DNA from: Candidatus Babeliales bacterium
GTDB taxonomy: Bacteria > Babelota > Babeliae > Babelales > JBFXEV01
Assembly: GCA_050179755.1 (NCBI GenBank)
Contig: JBFXEV010000001.1
Span: forward strand, 41,994-105,993
Direction: 5' to 3'
DNA: 64,000 nucleotides
Part shown: positions 49,744-60,070 of the stretch, piece by piece
Numbering within the stretch: position 1 is the stretch's first letter
Layout: each line of letters opens with the position of its first letter
Notes under the pieces: model-generated
Told to the model about the DNA's origin: nothing
What the model saw: the letters and a program-made list of their open reading frames with translations, nothing else
The model's database searches: none
Position numbers and translations under genes: made by a program

Positions 49744-49901
49744 GAAAGGGTATTTTTTCGTTATTTTAAGGCTTAAAAGTAATATTTTTATTGTAACTGT
49801 CATTCAAGGTGATGGCAAATTTAGTTTAAAGTTGAAAGAGATAGTTCTTTCCTTCGTTCCTTCTCGGCCGCTTATTCATGGATTATCGCTTACGCTGCGC
49901 G

Positions 49902-50390
49902 CCTACCCGGCGGGGGCAAACTGTTTTTCTTGTCAAAAACAGTTTAACCAAAAGGACAAATAAGGGGTTTAGGCAACCCCTGTATTTAACCCCGCCTTAT
50001 GCTTAAGACAGCTATTATAACATACATTAAGCAATACCTTCTTTCAGTCCTTAACTTACGAAATAAACCGTTCCCAGTTTCGGGTTTTGACACACCGCCT
50101 CTCAAATAGCTAAACAAATTGGGACATACCTAAAATCTATTGGAATAACTCCTTGGCCATTTAGCCCGGACTCTTAGCATCTTTTTTGCATTCCAAAAAA
50201 GTGCGCCGGAGGAGGATCTAAATGCCGGATACATAAGACTGGAAGTCTTATGTGCCCTTTTAATTCAAAAACCTTTTTGGCAATCCTCCTACGCCAAGGC
50301 TCCGGCGGACAGGGAAAAAAACTAAAGTGCGGCGACAGCCCGACGTAGCTTGCCGAGCCTGGAGGCCCGGATAAGCGTAAGCGGGGCAGC
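49902..50390. repeat. Cluster of palindromic repeats (MITE/BIME-like) between rsmA and mreB
   Basis: Related hairpins in opposite orientation at 49902-49956 and 50170-50215, plus further elements at 50231-50253, 50285-50314 and 50344-50379. Confidence 0.6.
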
Positions 50391-50511
50391 GCCTCAAAGT
50401 AAACAATTGGAATATGAGTGTACGACTTGTCCAGGAAAATCTTAAGTACGACAACAAAAAAGCGCCTCTCGTTAAAGAAGCGCTCTTACGAAAAATATCT
50501 AAATCAAAAAT

Positions 50512-51576
<1,065 letters not shown>

Positions 51577-51595
51577 TCAGTTAAAATGACCCATA

Positions 51596-52876
51596 CTAAA
51601 ACGTAAATTCTATCCCAAGAGCAATATTATTTGTCTGCACCACATTCTCAGCAATGAGATAACATACCGGAATATCCCATGAAAGAGAAACAAGTGGTAA
51701 GAATCTATTACATCCTTCTACTTTAGAGAAATCATAGAAAAAGTTAAGAGTCACTTCTTCTGCTGCCCAATTTGAATTTTTAAACAATAGTCCAGTATCT
51801 ACTGGTGGAATTCTATTTAATAAAGGTCGCCTATCTTTCCATTCATCATTATCATGCCACACTAAAGTATAATTCACCATCACTCCTAACCCATCGCGTA
51901 TTCCTTCTAATCGCAAATATGGCGCAAATACAAATGTTATACCAGGGTTTACTTTAAATGGCGCCACGAGCGCACCAAATAATTCGTTTTCCCCTGCTAC
52001 TGGTACGCGGTGCAACGCAGTCTTTGGAATGCGCTTAATAAGGCGAGAAATAAGACCGACTTTAAGATCTTCTTTCAGTTCAAATTGACCATCTAAGCCA
52101 ACGTAAAATCCATAGTGGCCGTTCCCACCAAAAGGAACTGAAGCAGGATTTGCAAGATCCTTTGTTACACCCGTTGGGAACAATGTTCCAAATTTAACCC
52201 CAGCATCAACGCGGCGACATTTCAGAATGTAATTCCATACGTTACCAAAGCGAATATACGCATCAACGTCAGTAATACCTGAATGCCTCCATGTAGTCGA
52301 CGCAAGGCCAAGTTCTCGATTAAATGCTCTGCGGACTTCATCTTCCATTCTGCCAGCCGTTGTTTCTGCCAGCAAGAATTTTAAGGCAGTGTTCATATGC
52401 AAAAATGAAAATGAAACCCCGCACGCAAGCCAATCAAGTAGCTGTTGATCGTAAGCAAAGGAAATACCCTGACCTTCAAGTTTACCGCGGCCAGGCAACT
52501 TTGTGCCCTCAAAAAGCGGTGAAATCCGTGATGGATTTACGCGATTTAATGCGTTATTAATGCTAGTAAGACTAAAATCACCAAAAATTTCAGGAAACCC
52601 AACATCGCCATGCCTGCCGCATGCATTATTTGCCGTGAGAAAGAAAAAATCATTCCTATAGCGTGATTCACCCCAGTGGCCTGATTCTGCATCGCAATTT
52701 GGATCATAAAAAAAACGTTCGCGAGAATAAGGTACTTCTAAAATTCTAAAAAACCGATTGTCATAAATATAGGCACTAAGCTGCTGCCCTGTTAAAAAAA
52801 CTAAAGTAAAGAGAGCAAGCAGACGACGTGTCATGATTGGCATAAAAAATCCTGTGTTGTATATGAAAGTCATCAA
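51596..52876 (-). CDS. Hypothetical outer-membrane beta-barrel protein
   Basis: Signal peptide, amphipathic strands, FPTG and terminal IEFTF. The start codon is uncertain. Confidence 0.6.
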   Translation of the reverse strand: MMTFIYNTGFFMPIMTRRLLALFTLVFLTGQQLSAYIYDNRFFRILEVPYSRERFFYDPNCDAESGHWGESRYRNDFFFLTANNACGRHGDVGFPEIFGDFSLTSINNALNRVNPSRISPLFEGTKLPGRGKLEGQGISFAYDQQLLDWLACGVSFSFLHMNTALKFLLAETTAGRMEDEVRRAFNRELGLASTTWRHSGITDVDAYIRFGNVWNYILKCRRVDAGVKFGTLFPTGVTKDLANPASVPFGGNGHYGFYVGLDGQFELKEDLKVGLISRLIKRIPKTALHRVPVAGENELFGALVAPFKVNPGITFVFAPYLRLEGIRDGLGVMVNYTLVWHDNDEWKDRRPLLNRIPPVDTGLLFKNSNWAAEEVTLNFFYDFSKVEGCNRFLPLVSLSWDIPVCYLIAENVVQTNNIALGIEFTF

Positions 52877-53076
52877 ATGATAGCTTCTAAGATACTGTAT
52901 TCTCCATTTTTTTAAAGTTTTTTAGTACAACTAATTGACAATAAGCGCTCGCTCGGAATAAGCTTGTAGGGAATCCATCGGTATTAATCGCACTATTCAA
53001 ACAAAGAGAATACATGCGAAATTAAGCCAATGATCAACCATATTAAATCTCTCGAAGCACTAAAAAGGAGATTGTC

Positions 53077-54621
53077 ATGATACAAAAAAAATTAATTATT
53101 GCAGGCGCTTTAATTGCAAGTTTTGCTCACATAGAAAATACTCGGGGTAGCATAATGTCAAAAATATCATTACAAGGTGTTGTACTTGCAGCAGGAAAAT
53201 CTACACGATTTAAAACTGAAAAAAGTAAGTTGGTTACCAAAATTTGTGGCCAAGAGATGATTCTCTATTGTACTAAACTTCTTGAATCATTAGAAATTCC
53301 CACAACGCTGGTAGTGGGTTATCAAAGAGAACAAGTTGAACAGGTAGTAAAGTATGCACATGGCGATACAGTGAATTTTGCTTTACAAGCACCGCAAAAA
53401 GGCACTGGTCATGCGGTGCAATGCTCTAAAGAATTCTGGCATAAAGATCACGTACTTATTTTAAATGGCGATGGCCCCTTAGTTACCAGAGATATTATTG
53501 AAAATTTAGCAAAAGTGCACCAAGAATCAGATGCTGCTATTTCATTTGTTACCGCACACAATCCTGACCCGAGCGTGGTTGGTTATGGCAGAGTCATTAC
53601 TACTGGCAATAGCGTTAAAATTGTAGAACAAAAACATTTTACCGGTGATCCACAAGAACATTGCTGTTTAAATGCAGGAATTTATATTGTACGCACAGAT
53701 TTTTTACGGGAAGTTATTGACACTATCCCTGAAAATGAAGTAACACACGAATGGTATTTAACCGATTTAGTGCATTTGGCGTGCGCGCAAGGCCGCATTG
53801 TAAAAACAGTTGATGCCCCTTTTGACCGTATTCGTGGTGTAAATACACTCAAAGAATTGTGGACGCTTGAACAAATTATTCGTTATGATGTTATTTCTGA
53901 ACATATGGCCAATGGCGTACGTTTTAGTGCACCACAAACTATGCACATTGATCTTGACGTTCAAATTGGCGCAGGCACCGTAATTGGATGTAGCGTACAT
54001 TTACTTAATGGCACACGCATTGGCAAAAACTGCAGAATTGAATCTGGCAGCACGCTTAAAGATGCGCATATTGGCGATACTGTAACTATTTTTCAAAATA
54101 GCATTGTGGATAATTCTGATATTGAAAGTGGCGCATTGATTGGGCCTTTTGCACATATTAGAAAAGAATCTAAAATTGCACAAAATGCTCAGATTGGTAA
54201 CTTTGTGGAAGTATCTAAAAGTACTATTGGCCAAGGCTCCAAAGCAAAACATTTGGCATATTTAGGCAATGCAATAATTGGTAGTAACGTAAATATTGGT
54301 GCCGGTACCATCACTTGTAATTACGATGGCACGCATAAACATGTAACCACTATTGAAGATGGCGCTTTTATTGGCAGCAATAACACATTAATTGCGCCAG
54401 TTACCGTGCACAAAGGCGCATATACGGCTGCAGGTTCAGTGATCACAAATGACGTGCCCGCAGGAGCACTTGCCATTGCACGTGAACGTCAAACAAATAA
54501 AGAAAATTATGTAGAACAATTAATAAATCGTGATCTAAAAAATGAGAGCGATGAAACTCCAGAAAAACCCACGGCTTTTATGGGCGCGTTTAAAGATACC
54601 AATCATCATCACTTTCAATAG
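53077..54621 (+). CDS. glmU: Bifunctional GlcNAc-1-P uridyltransferase/acetyltransferase
   Basis: LAAGKSTR, GTGHAV, YLTD, GPFAH, GNFVE, HLAYLG and NYDG. Confidence 0.95.
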   Translation: MIQKKLIIAGALIASFAHIENTRGSIMSKISLQGVVLAAGKSTRFKTEKSKLVTKICGQEMILYCTKLLESLEIPTTLVVGYQREQVEQVVKYAHGDTVNFALQAPQKGTGHAVQCSKEFWHKDHVLILNGDGPLVTRDIIENLAKVHQESDAAISFVTAHNPDPSVVGYGRVITTGNSVKIVEQKHFTGDPQEHCCLNAGIYIVRTDFLREVIDTIPENEVTHEWYLTDLVHLACAQGRIVKTVDAPFDRIRGVNTLKELWTLEQIIRYDVISEHMANGVRFSAPQTMHIDLDVQIGAGTVIGCSVHLLNGTRIGKNCRIESGSTLKDAHIGDTVTIFQNSIVDNSDIESGALIGPFAHIRKESKIAQNAQIGNFVEVSKSTIGQGSKAKHLAYLGNAIIGSNVNIGAGTITCNYDGTHKHVTTIEDGAFIGSNNTLIAPVTVHKGAYTAAGSVITNDVPAGALAIARERQTNKENYVEQLINRDLKNESDETPEKPTAFMGAFKDTNHHHFQ

Positions 54622-54623
54622 AT

Positions 54624-55865
54624 ATGGCAATAACATTTATCCACACGGCCGACATCCATTTTGGTATGGAAAATTATGGTCGGCTCGACCCAAAAACGGG
54701 CATACACACGCGCTTGCTTGATTTCAAACGAGCGCTTGATGCCTGTATTGATCACGCAATTGAACAACAAGTTGATTTCTTTTTGTTTGCAGGCGACGCA
54801 TATAAAACAGCACATCCAAGCCCCACGCAACAACGATTATTATTCCAATGTTTGCTCAGATTATTTAAAGCAGATATTCCGGTGATACTCGTAATTGGCA
54901 ATCATGATAACCCATTAAGTTTCGGCAAAGCTCACGCACTTGATATTTTTGATGAATTACCTATTACTGGGTTTCACGTGATTGCAAAGCCCACAGTACT
55001 CAATCTTAAAACTAAGCACGGCCCAGTCAATATTGTGGGCATCCCCTGGCCATCACGCACAAACATTGCCATTGATGATACATATAAGCACGCAAGTTCT
55101 ACTGAACTCACGCAACACATATCAAAACAGGTAAGTGGTCTTATTGCACATTATGCACGCGAACTTGATCAAAATATTCCTGCAGTTCTTGCAGGGCATT
55201 TAACGGTAAGTAACGGCATATTTTCTGGTTCAGAGAAACGAGCAATCTATGGCACCGATCCATTATTTATGCCATCCCAACTTGCAATCGCCCCCTTTGA
55301 TTATGTGGCATTAGGTCACTTGCACCGTTACCAAAATCTCAACCCAAACGGTTATCCTGCCATCGTTTATGCTGGCTCCATTGAACGTGTTGATTTTGGT
55401 GAACGTAAAGAAGATAAAGGGTTTTGCCTCGTCACAATTCATGAGAAAAATAGTACCACGCATGAATTTATTAAGGGGCCAATGCGGCCGTTCTTGCAAA
55501 TAACGTGCAAACTTGCGCTTGAAGGCGATCAAACCGAGCAAGTGATCAAAGCTATTAGTGAACATGATATTACCGACGCGGTGGTAAAAATTGTGTACCA
55601 TGTACCGATTGAGCGGCGTGACATGGTTGATCTGCAAGCAGTCCAACGTGCGTGCGAAAAAGCACTCTATGTAGTGGGCATTATTCCGGTGATGCAATTT
55701 AAAGTGCGCGAGCGCAGGCCAGCAATAAAAGTGGATATGGATTTAAAAACATTACTTGCCACGTATTTTAAAGATAAACCAGAATTATGCGAGCGTTCGA
55801 GTGAATTGATTGAAAAGGCATTGATGCTACAGCAAGAGATTCAGCAAGAAGAAATCGAAGGATAA
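54624..55865 (+). CDS. sbcD: SbcD/Mre11 nuclease
   Basis: HTADIHFG, AGD, GNHD and ALGHLH. Confidence 0.9.
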   Translation: MAITFIHTADIHFGMENYGRLDPKTGIHTRLLDFKRALDACIDHAIEQQVDFFLFAGDAYKTAHPSPTQQRLLFQCLLRLFKADIPVILVIGNHDNPLSFGKAHALDIFDELPITGFHVIAKPTVLNLKTKHGPVNIVGIPWPSRTNIAIDDTYKHASSTELTQHISKQVSGLIAHYARELDQNIPAVLAGHLTVSNGIFSGSEKRAIYGTDPLFMPSQLAIAPFDYVALGHLHRYQNLNPNGYPAIVYAGSIERVDFGERKEDKGFCLVTIHEKNSTTHEFIKGPMRPFLQITCKLALEGDQTEQVIKAISEHDITDAVVKIVYHVPIERRDMVDLQAVQRACEKALYVVGIIPVMQFKVRERRPAIKVDMDLKTLLATYFKDKPELCERSSELIEKALMLQQEIQQEEIEG

Positions 55866-56009
55866 GCAATTCCATCGCTTATCCTTATGCTCTTCGTAAT
55901 TTTAATGAAGTAGAAATCAATTTAAAAAAAATAGCTAAAGCCGTTCTAGCTGATATAAAAAAAACTATCCAACTAAGAATAGCCATTTGTTTATAAAAAT
56001 TTAATTAGT

Positions 56010-56939
56010 CTATGCAGCAACAGCCGGCACAAACTCTATGACTGTTGCGTCTTTAAATATTTGTTCTTTATATTCTGCAAGCAACTGATTATACCGTGGA
56101 GCTCTCAGCTCATCTTCAATAAGTTTATAACGCTTTTCCAGTGAAACAATGCGCTCTGGCACAAACTCTTTTAGGCGGTATACTTCAAAACCGTCATTAA
56201 CAAATTGCGGCGCTGAAATATCACCAGGCTTCATATTTTTTACGAACGCAATGTTTGGCGCAATATCAGATTCCTTAAGCCAAATGCACGCTCGCCAATC
56301 AAGCTGAGCTGACTGCCCTTTGTTAATCTTTTCTTGTACACGCTGCGCTTGCTTTTCCACAGGTTCATCAGGATTTAACGCAATATGCGCAATTTCAATC
56401 TGATATTTAGCATCTTTGCGTTCAGGATGATCATTATAATATTTCAAAATATCATCACGTGGCACAATCAAACGAGACGTTACTTTATGCTCAAGCATTG
56501 AATTTGCAGCATGCATTAATTTTAACTGCTCACGCCCTTCTTCATAGGAATACCCTGAACTTCTGAATATACCTTTAATATCATCAAGCGTTAAATTATG
56601 CTCTTGGCGTAAGGATGAAATGTATTTATCGATCACGGTATCATCCATAGGGATCTTATAACGAATCGTTTCTTGGAATAATAATTCTTCAAAAACTACA
56701 TCTTCCACCGTTCTTTTGCGACCATCAATACTCATGCGCTCAACTTCTGATCTGCAAATCACGCGCGTTCGTTCAGGGCCGTAGGCGGTCACCATAATTT
56801 CATCAATAATAAATTGACCTGGCTCCAAGGTACTTACCAACGTATCTGTTACTTGTTTGGTTTGCATAATTGCTAAGACCTGACGGTCTTGCGAAATAAC
56901 AATTAATAATAGAAGTGATAAAAAAACTTTCTTAAACAT
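56010..56939 (-). CDS. SurA-like chaperone/PPIase
   Basis: SurA N-domain-like region and MKPGDISAP parvulin remnant. Confidence 0.7.
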   Translation of the reverse strand: MFKKVFLSLLLLIVISQDRQVLAIMQTKQVTDTLVSTLEPGQFIIDEIMVTAYGPERTRVICRSEVERMSIDGRKRTVEDVVFEELLFQETIRYKIPMDDTVIDKYISSLRQEHNLTLDDIKGIFRSSGYSYEEGREQLKLMHAANSMLEHKVTSRLIVPRDDILKYYNDHPERKDAKYQIEIAHIALNPDEPVEKQAQRVQEKINKGQSAQLDWRACIWLKESDIAPNIAFVKNMKPGDISAPQFVNDGFEVYRLKEFVPERIVSLEKRYKLIEDELRAPRYNQLLAEYKEQIFKDATVIEFVPAVAA

Positions 56940-56966
56940 ATATCCCCTGCTAATAATTACTGAAAC

Positions 56967-57201
56967 CGCTCATCTCGAGTGTTCTTCGAGCCTTTTAGGC
57001 GATGAAGAATATATCGAGAGACAGCATACAAAGCTTAATAATTCAAAATTGTTACTCAAAGCTCAACACCTCTTACCTTAAAAACTTTTATAAAAACTCC
57101 CCGATTCATTGCTAGTTACTTTATAAGTGTTTGATTTTTAACTGCTGTCCCTCGATACATTCTATTTTCGCTAACGCTCTATAAAACACTCGGGATGAGC
57201 G
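56967..57201. repeat. Inverted pair of REP-like elements
   Basis: CGCTCATCTCGAGTGTT...TATCGAGAGACAGC at 56967-57025 and the reverse copy CGCTCATCCCGAGTGTT...TATCGAGGGACAGC at 57144-57201. Confidence 0.75.
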
Positions 57202-57297
57202 ATGATTAAAATTTTTCTTTAATTAATGTTGTAGAACAAACTTCATCCCACGCACTCGAGTTTTTTGAAAAAATGAGGGCTATTGTAAGCCATAATC

Positions 57298-57336
57298 AAA
57301 AAAGGGACGTACTTTTAAGCACATCCCTTTTTTTTT
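57298..57336 (-). terminator. Intrinsic terminator
   Basis: AAAAAAGGGA...TCCCTTTTTT stem downstream of the foldase gene. Confidence 0.6.
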
Positions 57337-57350
57337 AATTAACGTCTTAC

Positions 57351-58394
57351 TTAAGCAGCTTTGGCAGCTGGAGCAACTTCTTCAGCTTTTACATCGCTTT
57401 GTGCTACTGCAACTTCTTTATCTGCTTCTTGTGCTGCAGCAAGCTTTTCAGCTTCTTGTTGCACTGCTTCTTGAGCAAGTTTTATTTTTGCATCAAAATA
57501 GCCAGAATTAATATCTACATCATACTCTTTTTTAAGCTTCTCTAGTTCAGCTTGGATGATCTCAGTTTGCTTTTGTTGTTTAAGCATATTTTCAAGACCT
57601 TCTCTTACTTCATCAAAAGCAACGTATACTGCTTCTGTTTTTTCAATGCCTTTCACTACCCATGCAGTTTTACCAGCTTCTACAAGCTCAGTGCGAGGGA
57701 GCGATTCCATTGCAAGAAGAGACTTGCGTACTTGCATATCTAAGTTAAAGCTACGGTTGTTAACATCTTTATATTCTTCTACTTTAAGATTAGAAGCTTT
57801 TGCAAGTTTATCAAAATCTGCACCAGGTGCTTTTGCTTTTGCAAGGAAATCATTTGCTTTATCGCGCGATTCAAACTTTACTGCCTTTGCATGCACACCG
57901 CCAAGTGATTGAGAAAGCCCTGGCATTTTACCTTTATTATCTTCATAGAACGCAAGCAAATCAGCTTCTGTTACCGTTACTGGGTGTTTTTCTTGGAAAT
58001 GTTTAACACTTAAATTTTGTTTTGCAAAATCAACAATAAGCGCTAAATCTTTTTGATATTCAGCAGAATCATTAATATTATTCTTTTCTACCCATGCTTG
58101 TAAGACTTTTTGATTTACCATATTTTCATACAAGTTTTGATCAATTTTGACGCGTTCTGGTTCTGGCATCATTGCCATCATTTGTTTATATTGAGGTTGA
58201 ATTTCAAGAATCTTAGCTTTATATTCTTCAAATTCAGCAACAGTTACCGCAGGTTTACCATTAATGCGTAATAATACGTCATTATCAGCACTATGGCCAT
58301 GACCATCATCGTGTTTGCATGAATCGGCACAACCTGCAAGCGCAAGCAAGGCAAAAACTGCTACTGAGAGACTAAGAGACTGTTTTACGTTCAT
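57351..58394 (-). CDS. PrsA/PpiC-type foldase lipoprotein
   Basis: LAGC lipobox, INGKPAVT, DFDKLAK and FDEVR. Confidence 0.75.
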   Translation of the reverse strand: MNVKQSLSLSVAVFALLALAGCADSCKHDDGHGHSADNDVLLRINGKPAVTVAEFEEYKAKILEIQPQYKQMMAMMPEPERVKIDQNLYENMVNQKVLQAWVEKNNINDSAEYQKDLALIVDFAKQNLSVKHFQEKHPVTVTEADLLAFYEDNKGKMPGLSQSLGGVHAKAVKFESRDKANDFLAKAKAPGADFDKLAKASNLKVEEYKDVNNRSFNLDMQVRKSLLAMESLPRTELVEAGKTAWVVKGIEKTEAVYVAFDEVREGLENMLKQQKQTEIIQAELEKLKKEYDVDINSGYFDAKIKLAQEAVQQEAEKLAAAQEADKEVAVAQSDVKAEEVAPAAKAA

Positions 58395-58479
58395 TGTGAT
58401 CCTTTACAATTTATATACAATACTGTTACTTTCCTTACCATAGAGGTATGATAGCACAACTTGCAAGTTCTTGCAAAGT

Positions 58480-59142
58480 CTAGACTACTCTACCACCTAC
58501 TGCTGCTTTAATACTCTCTGGCTTACATTTTACAATAAGTCGGGCTGCCGCTTGCAAGGTGGCACCAGAAGTCATTAAGTCATCCACCAAAAGCACTCGT
58601 TTACCGCGAATAAGCTCTTTATATTCAGCATGCAACTTAAATGCAACTTTAACGTTTTTTCTACGCTCCTCCCCTGATAAGCTTGATTGAAATACCGTAG
58701 ATTGTATTCGTTCTAATGCCAGATATGTAGGCTTGCCACTCAACCCACTTAATTCTTTTGCCATAAGTTCAGCTTGATTATACCCGCGCTGTGCAAAACG
58801 CCGCCAATGCAACGGAATGGGCACAATAAGATCAAAAGGTATATGCGGCAACGTGGTGTTATGCCATAAAAGCTTGCCAAGCACTACGCTTGCACGTTCA
58901 TCATGCCATGCTTTTGCTAAAACAAGCCGCTTTAACGTGCCCTGATATGCGCTTACAGCATAGACTTGCATGATTACATTAGCCGTCACTTCTAAAGGCA
59001 CTGATACTACCGGCGTAATAGCGCGCGCACATTGTATGCACAATAGTTCATCATTGCGTAAAAATAGCTTGCAACTGGCACATAAATTGGGCCAAAACAA
59101 ATATTTAAATTCAGCATATATGCGCGGCAAAGCCTGAAGCAT
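58480..59142 (-). CDS. comF: ComF family phosphoribosyltransferase
   Basis: Double CxxC, PIPLH..R..RGYNQA and LVDDLMTSGAT. Confidence 0.9.
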   Translation of the reverse strand: MLQALPRIYAEFKYLFWPNLCASCKLFLRNDELLCIQCARAITPVVSVPLEVTANVIMQVYAVSAYQGTLKRLVLAKAWHDERASVVLGKLLWHNTTLPHIPFDLIVPIPLHWRRFAQRGYNQAELMAKELSGLSGKPTYLALERIQSTVFQSSLSGEERRKNVKVAFKLHAEYKELIRGKRVLLVDDLMTSGATLQAAARLIVKCKPESIKAAVGGRVV

Positions 59143-59622
59143 TTAAAATCTACCTACACAAACGATAGGTACCAAGAATTTCAATAATATCAGAGCAAGC
59201 AACCCTGCAGCCACGTCATCAGCAAGCACGCCCCAGGCGCCAGGCAATTTCTCAAACGCGCGAACGCCAAATAATTTGGAAATATCAAATAACCTAAAAA
59301 GCAAAAATCCAACCACTATAGAAAATGCTGAAACTGGTATTGTCCAAAAAGTAATAAGCATACCAAGGCATTCGTCAAGCACAATTTCTTTAGGGTCATG
59401 CATATCAAATGCTGGTAACACTTTTTGTATAATCATATAACTTGCAAGAGCAAGCCCCCCTATCAAAAGTGCATACACGCTCGCAGACACTTCAAAATGA
59501 TAAAGCGCAAGCACCACCGGTAGCATAAGCGCAGAAGCAACGCTCCCTGGAGCCGACGAGTACCGAACGTCACCCAGCGTTGCAAGAGAAAGCCACCAGG
59601 ATTCTTGCAAATTATTCTTCAT
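59143..59622 (-). CDS. pgpA: Phosphatidylglycerophosphatase A
   Basis: APGS, DPKEIVLDE, FRLFDISK and GVLADD. Confidence 0.9.
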   Translation of the reverse strand: MKNNLQESWWLSLATLGDVRYSSAPGSVASALMLPVVLALYHFEVSASVYALLIGGLALASYMIIQKVLPAFDMHDPKEIVLDECLGMLITFWTIPVSAFSIVVGFLLFRLFDISKLFGVRAFEKLPGAWGVLADDVAAGLLALILLKFLVPIVCVGRF

Positions 59623-60070
59623 AGTATCCCTTTATACACATTACAAGTAGCCCAACAACTATAAGCATGTCTGCCAAATTAAACGCAGGCCACGTCCAGC
59701 CACCATATGAAATCTCTATATAATCAACTACGCCACCATACCACACGCGATCTACTAAATTAGAAAATGCGCCCGCAAGTACCACCGTTTCGGCAACAAT
59801 ATCATAACCATCACGCCATCTGCGATAAGCATAGTGCAATAAAACAAGCCATAGCAGACTCACTACCAACGAAACAACAACGTAATAATAGTTGGAGTGA
59901 AACGAAAGCAAACTAAATGAAATACCTCTATTAAGTGATTGCGTAAATGCAAACCATGATGAAAGCTCAAAGCCATGATATCCAGCACTCATGACCCACC
60001 ATTTTATTAAGCGATCACACAGCACTGTTGAAACAAATAGTAACAGATACGTACGCCATGTTCGCTTCAT
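59612..60070 (-). CDS. lspA: Lipoprotein signal peptidase II
   Basis: NRGISF, GAFSNLVDR, GVVDY and FNLAD. Confidence 0.92.
   Translation of the reverse strand: MKRTWRTYLLLFVSTVLCDRLIKWWVMSAGYHGFELSSWFAFTQSLNRGISFSLLSFHSNYYYVVVSLVVSLLWLVLLHYAYRRWRDGYDIVAETVVLAGAFSNLVDRVWYGGVVDYIEISYGGWTWPAFNLADMLIVVGLLVMCIKGYYEE

Noticed and set aside
50260..50457. 65-aa ORF in the mreB-rsmA gap
   Set aside because: It is a translation of palindromic repeats and has no protein-like features.
54624..55865. sbcD without adjacent sbcC as a novel system
   Set aside because: Split sbcC/sbcD loci are common, and sbcC may lie outside the window.
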